From an uncultured Chloroflexia bacterium (GTDB lineage Bacteria; Chloroflexota; Anaerolineae; Anaerolineales; E44-bin32): a stretch of DNA of 64,000 nucleotides. The stretch covers positions 1,125,476 to 1,189,475 of the forward strand of contig CAWAND010000010.1 in NCBI GenBank assembly GCA_963783335.1, given 5' to 3'. Positions 44,800 to 54,454 of the stretch are shown here, piece by piece. The notes beneath the pieces are model-generated. The model was not told where the DNA came from, searched no databases, and saw nothing but the letters and a program-made list of their open reading frames with translations. How positions within the stretch are numbered: position 1 is the first letter of the stretch; the number at the start of each line of letters is the position of its first letter. Both the position numbers and the translations under genes were made by a program.

Positions 44800-46254
44800 C
44801 TAAGAGGAGGCGATGGCAGCGCCGTACGCCATCAGCGCCTCCGTGCGCTCGGGTTGGAGCGCCTCAGCGTAGATCCGCAGGACGGGCTCCGTGCCGGAGG
44901 GACGGATCAGAAGCCACGAGTCATCATCCAGGATGTACTTAACCCCATCGCTGTTCTCGACCATGGCAACTTTGATCCCGTCAATGGTCGCCGGAGCGTC
45001 CTGTGTCAATCTGGCGACCATCTTCGATTTGATGATGGGATGGGACAGACGTTGGTCGAGGCGAGCGTAGTGCGACGGGCCCACCTCCTCTAGGAGCTCG
45101 GCCACCAACTGGTCCAAGCTCTTGCCCGTCTTGGCGACCATCTCAAGCACCAGCAGCCCCATCAATACGCCATCCCCTTCGGGGATATGGCCCTGGAACG
45201 ACATGCCTCCAGATTCTTCGCCACCGATCAGCACATCACCCCGCAGCATGTGGTCGGCGATATGGTTGAACCCCACCGGTGTCTCAATCACCTCCAGCCC
45301 GTAGCGCTCGGCCAGCCGATTGACCATGCGTGTCGTGGACACGGTCTTGACGATCTTGCCGCTCAGCCCACGCGTTTCAACCAGGTACTTGACCGAAAGG
45401 GCCATAATCCGGTGGGGGTCCACAAATTGGCCCCGGCCGTCCATCGCCCCGATCCGATCTGCATCGCCGTCGGTGGCCACGCCCAACTGCCCATGGCCAG
45501 CTGCGATGGCGCCCGCCAGCGCCCCCAGATATTGGGCAATCGGTTCAGGATGGATGCCGCCAAAACCGGGATTCATCTCGCCGCGCACTTCAAACACTTC
45601 GCAGCCGGTACCCTGAAGGATGCCCTTGATTTGGCCGCGCCCAGAGCCGAACATCGAGTCGACCACCAGATGCTGCGGGTTCTCGGCGATGGCCTCAAAG
45701 TCGATCAAGCTGCGAAGGTGGGCGTAGTAATCGGGCGTGGGGTTGAAGCGCTGGATGAGGCCGGCTTCCTTTGCCCGATCGTAGTCCATCAAGTTGGGGC
45801 CGCGCCCGCGCAATTCGTTATCGTTGAGGTAGACCTCGACCCGGCGGCATTGTTCAGGTGAGGCGGCGCCGCCGTAGGCGATCTTCAGCTTGACGCCGTT
45901 GTAGCGGGGCGCGTTGTGAGAGGCGGTGATCATGATCCCGGCCACCGCATTAAGGTGTCGCACCGCGTGGCTGATGGCGGGAGTCGGCGCATCGGCGGTG
46001 GTCAAATGGACCGTGTAACCGTTGGCCGCCAGCACGCGGGCTGCTTCCACAGCGTAGCGATCGGACAGGAAACGCGTGTCAAACCCAACCACCATGCATT
46101 TCGGGTCGGGTTCGGCCAAGTCGCCGGCGCCGTTAAGCCACTCTTCCGCCGCGACCGCGTCGGCGATGGCCTGGGTCACCAGACGCAAGTTGTGGAAGGT
46201 GAATGTGTCGGAGATAACGCCTCGCCAGCCATCAGTGCCAAAGTGGATTGTCAT
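44800..46254 (-). CDS. alpha-D-phosphohexomutase (phosphoglucomutase/phosphomannomutase family)
   Basis: Phosphoserine loop TASHNAPRYNG, metal loop GVATDGDADR, and sugar loop GGEESGG. Confidence 0.88.
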   Translation of the reverse strand: MTIHFGTDGWRGVISDTFTFHNLRLVTQAIADAVAAEEWLNGAGDLAEPDPKCMVVGFDTRFLSDRYAVEAARVLAANGYTVHLTTADAPTPAISHAVRHLNAVAGIMITASHNAPRYNGVKLKIAYGGAASPEQCRRVEVYLNDNELRGRGPNLMDYDRAKEAGLIQRFNPTPDYYAHLRSLIDFEAIAENPQHLVVDSMFGSGRGQIKGILQGTGCEVFEVRGEMNPGFGGIHPEPIAQYLGALAGAIAAGHGQLGVATDGDADRIGAMDGRGQFVDPHRIMALSVKYLVETRGLSGKIVKTVSTTRMVNRLAERYGLEVIETPVGFNHIADHMLRGDVLIGGEESGGMSFQGHIPEGDGVLMGLLVLEMVAKTGKSLDQLVAELLEEVGPSHYARLDQRLSHPIIKSKMVARLTQDAPATIDGIKVAMVENSDGVKYILDDDSWLLIRPSGTEPVLRIYAEALQPERTEALMAYGAAIASS

Positions 46255-46376
46255 AGGTCTGCTCGGGCGAACGCCTTTCCTTGACAGATAGGATCAAATT
46301 CGGGGGAAACCGCGGTCTGGGCCGATGAAAGTCATCGCTGGTCACCGGACGCACAGCGGGGCCGCGGGCGAACGGG

Positions 46377-46385
46377 ATTCTAGCA
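46377..46385 (-). promoter_or_regulatory. extended -10 box TGCTAGAAT
   Basis: Reverse complement of attctagca. Lies about 120 nt upstream of the phosphohexomutase ATG. Confidence 0.45.
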
Positions 46386-46433
46386 GGCGCCCAAGGCGCC
46401 GTCAACCTGAGCCCGCCAGGTTTGCTTTCTGCT

Positions 46434-46449
46434 TGTGAAGAAATTCACA
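46434..46449. promoter_or_regulatory. TGTGA-N6-TCACA palindrome, copy 5
   Basis: cTTGTGAagaaaTTCACAa. Lies 14 nt after the solute-binding-protein stop. Its centre is about 71-72 nt upstream of the TSS implied by the 46377-46385 box. Confidence 0.5.
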
Positions 46450-46463
46450 ACCCGTGTTTGGGG

Positions 46464-47735
46464 TCAGGGGTTCTGGACGGCCCCAGCGGCCTTGAGGGCC
46501 GCCGAATTTGGCGTGCCTCCGCCAACGAGGACGGTCTGGACGGCGGAGAGCAGCGGCGGGCCGAAGGTGGCGGTCTGCTCCGCACCCGGCGCAAGAATGG
46601 AGACGCTGGCCAGTCGGTTCACGGCCGCGCGATCGGCATCGGATGTCCAAGCGTTCAGGGCCGATGTCGTGGGCGGCATCATCCCCAGGGCTTCGGTCCA
46701 AGGGCCGAGAAAGGCCGGCTGGCTCAAGAAAGCCAGCAATTCCTTAACCAGTTCTTGTTGGTCGGGATCGGTGGCGGCGACGCTCCATGACCACGGATAG
46801 GCATAGGCTATGCCCTCACCCCCCTGCGTGGGCAGGGGAATGACGGATAGATTGTCGCGATTGTGGGCCAGAAGGTAGGTTTGCAGGGGCACCACGGCGG
46901 CGTCAACCCGCCGATCGCGCAGGGCCTGCCAGGAGTCATCCAGGGTCGTGACTTGGGGTGCCGAGGGGGGCAAGTAGCCGGTCCGGTCGGCGGAGGCAAA
47001 GAAGGCCAACACCCTCGCCAGCGTTGTGGGATCGAGGCTGGGCTGCCCGTCATCGCCGATCAACGGCCCCTGCATGGCCTGGTAGAGCGCCAAGGTCACA
47101 CTGGCCTGCGGATCGCCCAGCGGGAGCATGAATAGATGCGCCGCATCCAGCAAGGACTGCAGCGACAGTGGGGGTGTTTCAAAACGATCCGTGCGGTAGG
47201 CGAAAGCCAGGGCGTCGCTGGCAAACGGGAGGCCGAAGTAGCTCTGGTCTTCATCCGAGACTTGAATGGCAAACGGCAGCCATTCCGGTGGGCTAGGGGC
47301 CGGGGCAATGTCACCCATGGGCACGATCAGGCCCTTGACGATGGCGGTGTTGAGGGTGATCGGATCCAAGGCGATGAGATCCGGGACCGCATCAGGGGCT
47401 GCCACCCGCGCGGCCGAAAGCGTTTCGAGCAGGCCGGCGGGGCCGGAGCGATCCTTGACGCGCACGTCCAGGGAGAGGCCGGGGTGGCTGTCGCGAAAGG
47501 CTTGAAGCCGTTCGGCAAACATGGCGCCGGAGGGTGATTCGGTGTCCGGCGCGAGCTTGGGCGGTACCCACAGCGTCAAACCCCTCGGGCGGGTGGAGAG
47601 GTTGGGCGTGGGGCTGGCGCTGACCGCGGTCGGCGGTGGGCTGGAAGGGGTGGCGGTTGGCGCCGGATTGGGGGCGCCGCACCCACTCAACGCCAGGACC
47701 AGCAGGGCCAGGGGAAGACCGGGAAAGGACTTCAT
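46464..47735 (-). CDS. extracellular solute-binding lipoprotein (sugar-type ABC family 1), orphan
   Basis: Lipobox LALSGCG, Pro/Thr linker, and family-1 SBP-like body. No permease or ATPase genes are adjacent. Confidence 0.65.
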   Translation of the reverse strand: MKSFPGLPLALLVLALSGCGAPNPAPTATPSSPPPTAVSASPTPNLSTRPRGLTLWVPPKLAPDTESPSGAMFAERLQAFRDSHPGLSLDVRVKDRSGPAGLLETLSAARVAAPDAVPDLIALDPITLNTAIVKGLIVPMGDIAPAPSPPEWLPFAIQVSDEDQSYFGLPFASDALAFAYRTDRFETPPLSLQSLLDAAHLFMLPLGDPQASVTLALYQAMQGPLIGDDGQPSLDPTTLARVLAFFASADRTGYLPPSAPQVTTLDDSWQALRDRRVDAAVVPLQTYLLAHNRDNLSVIPLPTQGGEGIAYAYPWSWSVAATDPDQQELVKELLAFLSQPAFLGPWTEALGMMPPTTSALNAWTSDADRAAVNRLASVSILAPGAEQTATFGPPLLSAVQTVLVGGGTPNSAALKAAGAVQNP

Positions 47736-47743
47736 AGACGGCG

Positions 47744-47752
47744 ATTATAGCA
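47744..47752 (-). promoter_or_regulatory. extended -10 box TGCTATAAT, 8 nt before ATG 47735 (leaderless-type)
   Basis: Reverse complement of attatagca. Confidence 0.5.
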
Positions 47753-47774
47753 TCCGAGGCGGGCCAGCTCGCTG

Positions 47775-47783
47775 TGCTAAAAT
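47775..47783 (+). promoter_or_regulatory. extended -10 box TGCTAAAAT, 9 nt before the uvrC ATG 47793
   Basis: gcTGTGCTAAAATgccgaggctATG read directly. Confidence 0.45.
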
Positions 47784-47792
47784 GCCGAGGCT

Positions 47793-49655
47793 ATGGGCAT
47801 ATCGCCGGATACAGAAATCATGCTTCAGGGACTTCCCGACAAACCTGGATGCTACCTGATGAAAGGCAAGCGCGGCCAGGTTCTGTATGTGGGCAAGGCG
47901 GTCAACCTGAAGAACAGGGTTCGTTCGTATTTCCACGCCTCGGCCAGCCACTCTCGCAAGGTGGCCGAGATGGTCTCCAACGTTGTGGACATAGAATGGA
48001 TCATCGTCGGATCCGAACTCGAGGCCTTGATCCTCGAGATGAACCTGATCAAGCGATATCGGCCCAAGTACAATGTGCGGTTGAAGGACGACAAGCGCTA
48101 TCCGTATATCAAAGTCCACTGGGCGGACCCCTTTCCCAAAGTGACCATGACGCGCAGGCTGGCCGATGATGGGTCCCGCTACTACGGCCCATACACCAGT
48201 GTATGGGCGGTGCATCAGACATTGGACGTGCTGCGCAAGATCTTCCCCTACCTTACCTGCGACCGGGTGATCACCGGTGAAGACAAGCGGGCCTGTCTGT
48301 ACTACGACATCAAGCTGTGTACGGCGCCATGCATCGGTGCCATTGACCAGGCCAAATACAGAGCGATGATTGGTGATTTGTGCCAATTCCTGGAGGGCCA
48401 CACGGAGCCGATTGTGGATCGCCTCAAGAAGGCGATGACATCCGCTTCGGCCCATTTGGAGTACGAGCAGGCGGCGGCTATCCGAGATCAGTTGACGGCA
48501 ATTGAGAAAGTTGTGGAGGGCCAAAGGGTGGTCTCGCGGCAGAAGATCGATTCGGATGTGATCGCCTTTGCCCGGGAACAAGGCGAGGCTTGCGTGCAGG
48601 TGTTCTTCATCCGGGCCGGGAAGCTTATCGGCCGCGAGTACTTCATCTTGGAGGGCACCGAGGACGCCGAGGCGCCCGAGGTGCTGAAGTCGTTCATTAA
48701 GCAGTTCTATGATGAAGCCCCGCATGTGCCGCAGAAGCTGCTGCTGCCTGCGGAGGTCGAGGAAGCCAAGATCATCGAAGCCTGGCTCACCCAACGCCGA
48801 GATGGACGCCGCAAGGTCAAGCTGGTGGTGCCACGACGCGGTGCCAATCGGCAGCTTGTGGACATGGCAGCCGAGAATGCAGCCGATACACTGGCGATGC
48901 TTCGTACACGCTGGGAGGCGGACCGGAGCCAGCATGTTGAGGCGCTGGCGGAGCTGCAGCAGGCGCTCAACCTCCCTGTCCCGCCAAACCGGATTGAGTG
49001 CTACGACATTTCCAACCTTCAAGGGACGGCAGCGGCAGGATCGATGGTGGTTTTCGAACAGGGTGCGCCCAGCAAAAGCTTGTACCGGAAATTCACGATC
49101 AAAAGTGTCCAGGGCCAGGATGACTTCGCCAGCATGGAGGAAGTACTTCAGCGACGTTTCCGGCGCTGGAAGATCGCCCAAGAGGAGCAGGACAAACCGG
49201 GGGGAAAGCTGGACCGTGGCTTTGGCCTGCTGCCTGATTTGCTGATCGTGGATGGCGGAAAGGGCCAGCTGGCAAGGGCGGTCGATGTGCTGCGCGCATT
49301 CGAAATCTCTGACCAGGTGCCGCTGGCGGGCCTGGCGAAGGGTCATGAAGAGCTCTACCTTCCGGGAAAGCCAGATCCATTGATCCTGCCTCGCCGATCA
49401 GCTGGACTGCACCTCGTTCAGCGGCTGCGGGATGAGGCGCATCGGTTTGCCGTCAGCCACCATCGCACTCGACGTCGGAAAGCAGGCATGGCCTCGCAGT
49501 TGGACTCCATCCCCGGCATCGGACCGGCGCGCCGCAAGGCGCTGCTTCGGGCGTTTGGAGATCTGAACGCCATGCGTACCGCCGAGACTCATGAGCTGGC
49601 TGCGGTGCATGGCATAAGTGTTGAGCTGGCTGAGCGCGTCAAGGCAGCTCTCTAG
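47793..49655 (+). CDS. uvrC: excinuclease ABC subunit C
   Basis: GIY-YIG domain (GCYLMKGKRGQVLYVGKA...), UVR motif, RNase-H-like endonuclease domain, and C-terminal (HhH)2. Confidence 0.93.
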   Translation: MGISPDTEIMLQGLPDKPGCYLMKGKRGQVLYVGKAVNLKNRVRSYFHASASHSRKVAEMVSNVVDIEWIIVGSELEALILEMNLIKRYRPKYNVRLKDDKRYPYIKVHWADPFPKVTMTRRLADDGSRYYGPYTSVWAVHQTLDVLRKIFPYLTCDRVITGEDKRACLYYDIKLCTAPCIGAIDQAKYRAMIGDLCQFLEGHTEPIVDRLKKAMTSASAHLEYEQAAAIRDQLTAIEKVVEGQRVVSRQKIDSDVIAFAREQGEACVQVFFIRAGKLIGREYFILEGTEDAEAPEVLKSFIKQFYDEAPHVPQKLLLPAEVEEAKIIEAWLTQRRDGRRKVKLVVPRRGANRQLVDMAAENAADTLAMLRTRWEADRSQHVEALAELQQALNLPVPPNRIECYDISNLQGTAAAGSMVVFEQGAPSKSLYRKFTIKSVQGQDDFASMEEVLQRRFRRWKIAQEEQDKPGGKLDRGFGLLPDLLIVDGGKGQLARAVDVLRAFEISDQVPLAGLAKGHEELYLPGKPDPLILPRRSAGLHLVQRLRDEAHRFAVSHHRTRRRKAGMASQLDSIPGIGPARRKALLRAFGDLNAMRTAETHELAAVHGISVELAERVKAAL

Positions 49656-49667
49656 CAGGAGGTCCGG

Positions 49668-50045
49668 GTGCTATCCGTTTGGATTGTTGACGACGACGAT
49701 GAGATGAGCCATGCGGTCAAGCTGATGCTGGAACTGCTCGAGTTCCAGGTCCAGACCTTCCGTGATGCCCGCACCGCCTCCCGGCAGCTTCTGGCCGGCA
49801 AGAGGCCGGATGTCCTGCTGCTGGACATCAACATGCCAGAGGTCACCGGCATTGATATGCTCGAGTTTGTACGACTGCGCAAAGAGCTCAAGTCGCTGCC
49901 GGTGGTGATGCTCTCTTCTGAAACCACGGATGTTCAAGTGGACGAGGCCATGTCCTTGGGGGCGAATGGGTATGTCTTCAAGCCGGTAACCATCGATGAA
50001 TTGGAAGCCGTCCTCAATAAGGTGCTTCCGCAGCGCAACGGCTAG
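49668..50045 (+). CDS. stand-alone CheY-like response regulator receiver
   Basis: GTG start. IVDDDDE, LLLDINMP and FKPV receiver motifs. No output domain. Confidence 0.8.
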   Translation: MLSVWIVDDDDEMSHAVKLMLELLEFQVQTFRDARTASRQLLAGKRPDVLLLDINMPEVTGIDMLEFVRLRKELKSLPVVMLSSETTDVQVDEAMSLGANGYVFKPVTIDELEAVLNKVLPQRNG

Positions 50046-51241
50046 GTGTTCGGCCTGCCTCCTCGCTGGATCACATCTGCATGGGCTCCCGGCCCGGCCT
50101 GGCAAACCCAGGTCGTGGCTCGCTTTCCGGTCTCAGCCGAGTAACGGCGGGCGAGTTGGTCGCAGAAACCACCCGCCCTGTCTCTCTCCACCAGGCTGAC
50201 CGTCGACCCACCGAAGCCGGCACCCGTCAGGCGCGAGCCATACGCTCCGTCCAGTTGATCGGCGATCTCCACCATCTTGTCCAACTCGGGACCCGACACC
50301 TGGAACAAGTCGCGCAGGCTGACGTGTGAGGCACGCATCAACTTGCCAAACTCGGTTGCGTCGCCGGCTTCAAGGGCCTTGGCACCTTGCCGAACGCGTT
50401 CGATCTCTTCGACGACGTGCTGCGCCCGCATGCGGGCCGGTTGGGGCAGATGGTCCGCCATCTCCCCAAACTCCTCGAGTGTGATATCCCGCAGACTCCC
50501 CAAGCCATCTCGATGGCGGCGCAGTTCGGCCACCGCCTGGCGGCATTCCTGGACGCGTTGGTTGTAGGCCGAGGCGGCCAGAGCACGCGGGACTCCGGTG
50601 TCGGCCACGACGATCGAAACCTGTGCTGGAAGAGGCACGGGTCGGGCCGAAAGATTATTGAAGTCCAAAAGCAGCGCGTGATCCCTCACGGCTGAAACGG
50701 ACGTCCACTGATCCATCAGGCCGGAGTGGACGCCGGCCATGGTGTGCTCGGCTGATTGGCACAATCTGGCCAGTGCGATGTCCGACCAATCAAGAGCCTG
50801 CAGGCTGCTCAGGGCGGAAGCGAAGGCCACCTCGATCGCCGCCGACGATGACAGGCCGGCCCCCGAAGGCACATCGCACGTGTAGGCAGCATCGAATGCG
50901 GGGAGCCGGTGCCCCGAATTGACCCATGCCCAGCACACGCCCACCGGGTATCGAGCCCAGTCGGGCGTGTTGGCCCGCAGCTGAGCTGTCGGTGCCTCAA
51001 GATCAGACACCTGGAAGACATGCTCGGCCCCGAGATCCAGCGCCGCCAGGCGAATCGAGCCGGATGACGACTCCCGCAACCCGACCAGAGCTGCAAACTG
51101 GATCCCGCAGGGCAGAGCCAGGCCGTTGTTGTAGTCGACGTGCTCTCCGAGCAGATTGACCCTTCCGGGCGCCCGGGCAAGGACGGTGGGCTTCTGTCCG
51201 AAGGTTGCTTCGAATCGGGCTGGCAGCTCGCCTGCGCTCAC
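50042..51241 (-). CDS. galK: galactokinase
   Basis: GRVNLLGEHVDYNNG signature and GHMP motif PSGAGLSSSAA. GTG start overlaps the upstream stop (GTGA). Confidence 0.9.
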   Translation of the reverse strand: MSAGELPARFEATFGQKPTVLARAPGRVNLLGEHVDYNNGLALPCGIQFAALVGLRESSSGSIRLAALDLGAEHVFQVSDLEAPTAQLRANTPDWARYPVGVCWAWVNSGHRLPAFDAAYTCDVPSGAGLSSSAAIEVAFASALSSLQALDWSDIALARLCQSAEHTMAGVHSGLMDQWTSVSAVRDHALLLDFNNLSARPVPLPAQVSIVVADTGVPRALAASAYNQRVQECRQAVAELRRHRDGLGSLRDITLEEFGEMADHLPQPARMRAQHVVEEIERVRQGAKALEAGDATEFGKLMRASHVSLRDLFQVSGPELDKMVEIADQLDGAYGSRLTGAGFGGSTVSLVERDRAGGFCDQLARRYSAETGKRATTWVCQAGPGAHADVIQRGGRPNT

Positions 51242-52920
51242 GGCGAGTCGTCCATCGTCGGGCCGCTGGGCTGAATCCAGACGCCCAAGCGCAAGGAAAG
51301 ACGAAGCAGGGCCTGCAGGTCGGACTCGTCGATCAAGAAGGCGCGTTCGCCTACCTGGTGCTGGAGGAAGCGAGCGGCTTTGCGCTCGCGCTGCAGGCGC
51401 TCGAGTGCATCTGGCTCGGTGAGAGTAAAAAGCAATTTGCGGGATAGGTTGGCGTCGGCACCACGCGCTTCAAACCGGCCCAGCGCTTGGTCGAGGCGTG
51501 GCGGCAAATCCTCGTCGGCAAGCCGCTGCAGCAAGGCCCGAATATGGGAAATCTTGAGGCCCTGCCGGCGGGCACTCTCCAAAGACTGGGCTGTGAGTTG
51601 GTATGTGTACACATCGCCCTCAAGGCCGATCCATGTGCAGATGCGGGCGATTTGATAGCGCAGACTGACGTCAACCGAGCGGTGGATCTTCAGCTTGCCA
51701 TCCATGCTGATTGAAACGTGGCCCTCGACCGGCTCGACTGAGGGGTGTGCCTCCTGATCTGTCAACACCTCAAACCACGGAGTGATGCGTATGGCCGTCG
51801 GGGCCTCCGCAGGATGAGCTCCGCCCAAATCAACGGCTCCCAACCAGTGCAGCGGCCCGGAGAGCAGATACGCCAGCAGACGACCGTCGACGGCGTCCCA
51901 ATGGTCGAAGCCGCGCAGGAAGCGGCCAGAGCGAGCGTCTTGGACATACCAGGCATCGAAATCGCCTGCCGGCCGTTGAAACCCGGGCTTGTGCGCCTTG
52001 ACATCGGCTTGAAAGGCGCTCAGATTCCACCACGTCCGCTTCGGCAGCTCTCGGAGCATCTGCAGCACCACACGCCTGGCTCCGGCGGGTTCGTTGGGCC
52101 AGGGGAGTGTGGCATGGAGCAAACCGGGGACGTGCGCCAGATCGTTCCAGGTGCTGCTCGCTGCCCAGGCTCGGCCCAGGGCGCTGAGCGCCTGAGAGCG
52201 ACCCTGGTCCAAGAATTGCCGGGCGGCCTCCGGTTCGGGTTGAAGCGGACGGAAGGAAAAGACCCCGAGGTCGATCAAGAGCTGCACGACCAGATCCAGC
52301 GAACCGGGCTGGAGAAGAAAGTCTGTCAGCCGACGGCGCCGTTCAACGGGCAGCTCTGCACCGTCGGCGGGCCGGCGTCGGAAGGCTGACATCAGCGTGA
52401 CCGCGTCATCCACCATGCGGGACGAGGACAGCTGAACGGCTGCCGGCGTGTCTGCCGGACGGCCATAAGGGGAGGCGGCAGGTTCAAAAGCGGTTTGCAG
52501 GTGCGTCAAGATTTCGTTGGGGATGAAGCCGAATTCCTCGAAGCCGACTGGCGTGTCGGCGAAAGCCCGGCCCACCAAGCCCCGATACCACAAGCTCTCA
52601 AGGGGGGAGACAGGCTGACGCCAGGGTTTCTCCCGGTCCCGTCGACCCGGTCCGAGCGTGCGCACCTCGCCATATCGCCGTTCGAGATCTGCCCAAGGCA
52701 GCCGGCCGTCAGAGTCGACAAGTTCTTCGAGTATCCCCACCAGAGGTTCTGGGAGAGCGTCGATTCCTTCCTCCAGAATCTCGTCCTGCAGGAGCGCGCT
52801 GGCGACCCACTGGGCGGCCTCCTTTGGCGGCCCAGGCGGCGGATCCAGGCCCCACAGCTCAGCCAGGGCGCGCAGGAAACCCATGTCTTGATCCTGGAGC
52901 GATTGGAGCAGGTCTTGCAT
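51238..52920 (-). CDS. hypothetical protein (560 aa) with XPB-N-terminal/helicase-associated-like segments and no helicase core
   Basis: Intact ORF, translationally coupled to galK. VYTYQLTAQSLESARRQGLKISHIRALLQR resembles the damage-recognition-type domain found N-terminal of XPB helicases (weak, pattern only). Confidence 0.4.
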   Translation of the reverse strand: MQDLLQSLQDQDMGFLRALAELWGLDPPPGPPKEAAQWVASALLQDEILEEGIDALPEPLVGILEELVDSDGRLPWADLERRYGEVRTLGPGRRDREKPWRQPVSPLESLWYRGLVGRAFADTPVGFEEFGFIPNEILTHLQTAFEPAASPYGRPADTPAAVQLSSSRMVDDAVTLMSAFRRRPADGAELPVERRRRLTDFLLQPGSLDLVVQLLIDLGVFSFRPLQPEPEAARQFLDQGRSQALSALGRAWAASSTWNDLAHVPGLLHATLPWPNEPAGARRVVLQMLRELPKRTWWNLSAFQADVKAHKPGFQRPAGDFDAWYVQDARSGRFLRGFDHWDAVDGRLLAYLLSGPLHWLGAVDLGGAHPAEAPTAIRITPWFEVLTDQEAHPSVEPVEGHVSISMDGKLKIHRSVDVSLRYQIARICTWIGLEGDVYTYQLTAQSLESARRQGLKISHIRALLQRLADEDLPPRLDQALGRFEARGADANLSRKLLFTLTEPDALERLQRERKAARFLQHQVGERAFLIDESDLQALLRLSLRLGVWIQPSGPTMDDSP

Positions 52921-52961
52921 GCTTCGGCCGGGTTCTCTGGCAGATGCAGCGGCTTGATTGG

Positions 52962-53876
52962 CTACACTCTCACCCTGAGCGCTTTGGGAATGATCTTGAT
53001 CGCTAATTGTGTGACCTGAGAAGCGAAGTCGGCGTAGATTTCGCCGTCGGTGTGGATGGGTATCGGATTCTCCGACGTGACTTCGAGTTCCGTGAACTCG
53101 CCCAATCGAACCTGGCGGAATCGTCCGTGAGTGCCGCGCATGACTTCTGGGATCAGTCGCAGCATCATCAGGCGAGAAATGCCTTCGATCGTGGCATAGT
53201 TGAGGAGGCCGTCGTCCGGCACGGCGTCGGGTGAGGTGAGGAAGCCGCCCCCTTCTCGCCGCCCGTTGTTGAGCGCCAGCAGCAATGTCGGCTGCTCGAA
53301 GGTCTCCCGATCGGTTTTGACTGTCATCATCGGCGCGTCATGATGCCTGAACACGGTCTGCAGCACCGCCCAAATGTACATCGGGTAGCCGCGCAGGCGG
53401 GTGATCTGGTAGGAGTAGATTGCCACCGAGGCGCCAAAACCCACGTTGATGGTGTTGTCCCAGTACTCGGTGCGGCCCGTGTTGTCGGTGATGGTTCCCA
53501 CATCGATGATGCGCTCCGTGCCGTTCAGCGCTTTGAGGATGGCGATTTCGGGGTCTGTGGCGACGCCGACATTGGCGCAGAAGTCGTTGCCTGAGCCGAC
53601 GGGTACTGCGCCAAGTGCCGGGCGGCGTTCCTCCGGGATGCGCATCAGGCCGTTGACGATCTCATGGATCGTGCCATCCCCGCCCAAACCGACCACCGTG
53701 TCGAAACCTTCGTCGGCGGCAGATTCGGCAAGCTTGGATGCATGACCCGGGTATTGTGTGGGAGCCCACTCCCCACCGCCATGCCGGTCGATGGCGGCCT
53801 GCAGGACATGGACAAGATCCCAGGCGTGGCCCCGATCGGCATGCGCATTGAAGATGAGTTTTGTCTTTGAGCTCAA
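52962..53876 (-). CDS. diacylglycerol-kinase-family lipid kinase (YegS/BmrU-like)
   Basis: TTG start with GGGAGGGGA SD. VVGLGGDGTIHEIVNG catalytic motif. Confidence 0.85.
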   Translation of the reverse strand: MSSKTKLIFNAHADRGHAWDLVHVLQAAIDRHGGGEWAPTQYPGHASKLAESAADEGFDTVVGLGGDGTIHEIVNGLMRIPEERRPALGAVPVGSGNDFCANVGVATDPEIAILKALNGTERIIDVGTITDNTGRTEYWDNTINVGFGASVAIYSYQITRLRGYPMYIWAVLQTVFRHHDAPMMTVKTDRETFEQPTLLLALNNGRREGGGFLTSPDAVPDDGLLNYATIEGISRLMMLRLIPEVMRGTHGRFRQVRLGEFTELEVTSENPIPIHTDGEIYADFASQVTQLAIKIIPKALRVRV

Positions 53877-54454
53877 GAAGTCCCCTCCCGATCGATTCCC
53901 CGGACGGTGGGTCCGAAGCGGAGATCACCCCGACTAGCTTATGCCATGACTCTTGAAGCGGCAAGTAGCGAATGCTCCGAACGCGGCTGAAGATCGGCGT
54001 CCGGCATCGAGCGCTTGAGGTGTGAACACAACAAAAGGCCTGCGCTTCCAGTTTCGGAAGGTCTTGGCCAAGGCGGTCCATTCCGCGGGAAAGAATGAAG
54101 TTGAAGCGTCGATTATAGTCCAATCACCAGCCGCCACTCGCCAGACATCCCCCCTGTTAGTACATTTTTTAAGCATAGCGGTCCTTGACTTTCAGCCAAG
54201 GCGTGCATAAGGTTATGACGAACGGAGCCTCAGGCCACCTGAGGGCTGCACGGCCCCCGTCGGCTATGGGATCATTCAACCGGCTGCCACGAGCAAGCGG
54301 CAGTTTGAAGCAAGCAAGCGCCGCGGTTGGATATGCGCCCTTCCCTATAGCCTTAAGGCGCGGGTCACCCGGCGAGAGTGGAAAGCCGGCTGCCTAAAGG
54401 CGTGATGGGGCTCTTTCTTTTCTCCAGACTTGTCAGCCAGCCGGTTCATTCCTC

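Noticed and set aside
47745-49346. 533-aa minus-strand ORF
   Set aside because: It is antisense to uvrC. It is a shadow ORF.
53877-54454. Possible tmRNA, RNase P RNA or SRP RNA in the long gap
   Set aside because: I looked for hallmark elements on both strands and found none: GGGG...UUCGACG 5' end and T-arm/CCA end for tmRNA, GGAAAGUCCGGGC and ACAGAACCCGGCUUA for RNase P, and the GGAA-tetraloop domain IV for SRP. A -PAA* reading frame near 54380 is not flanked by tmRNA structure. The region is kept only as an unclassified candidate.
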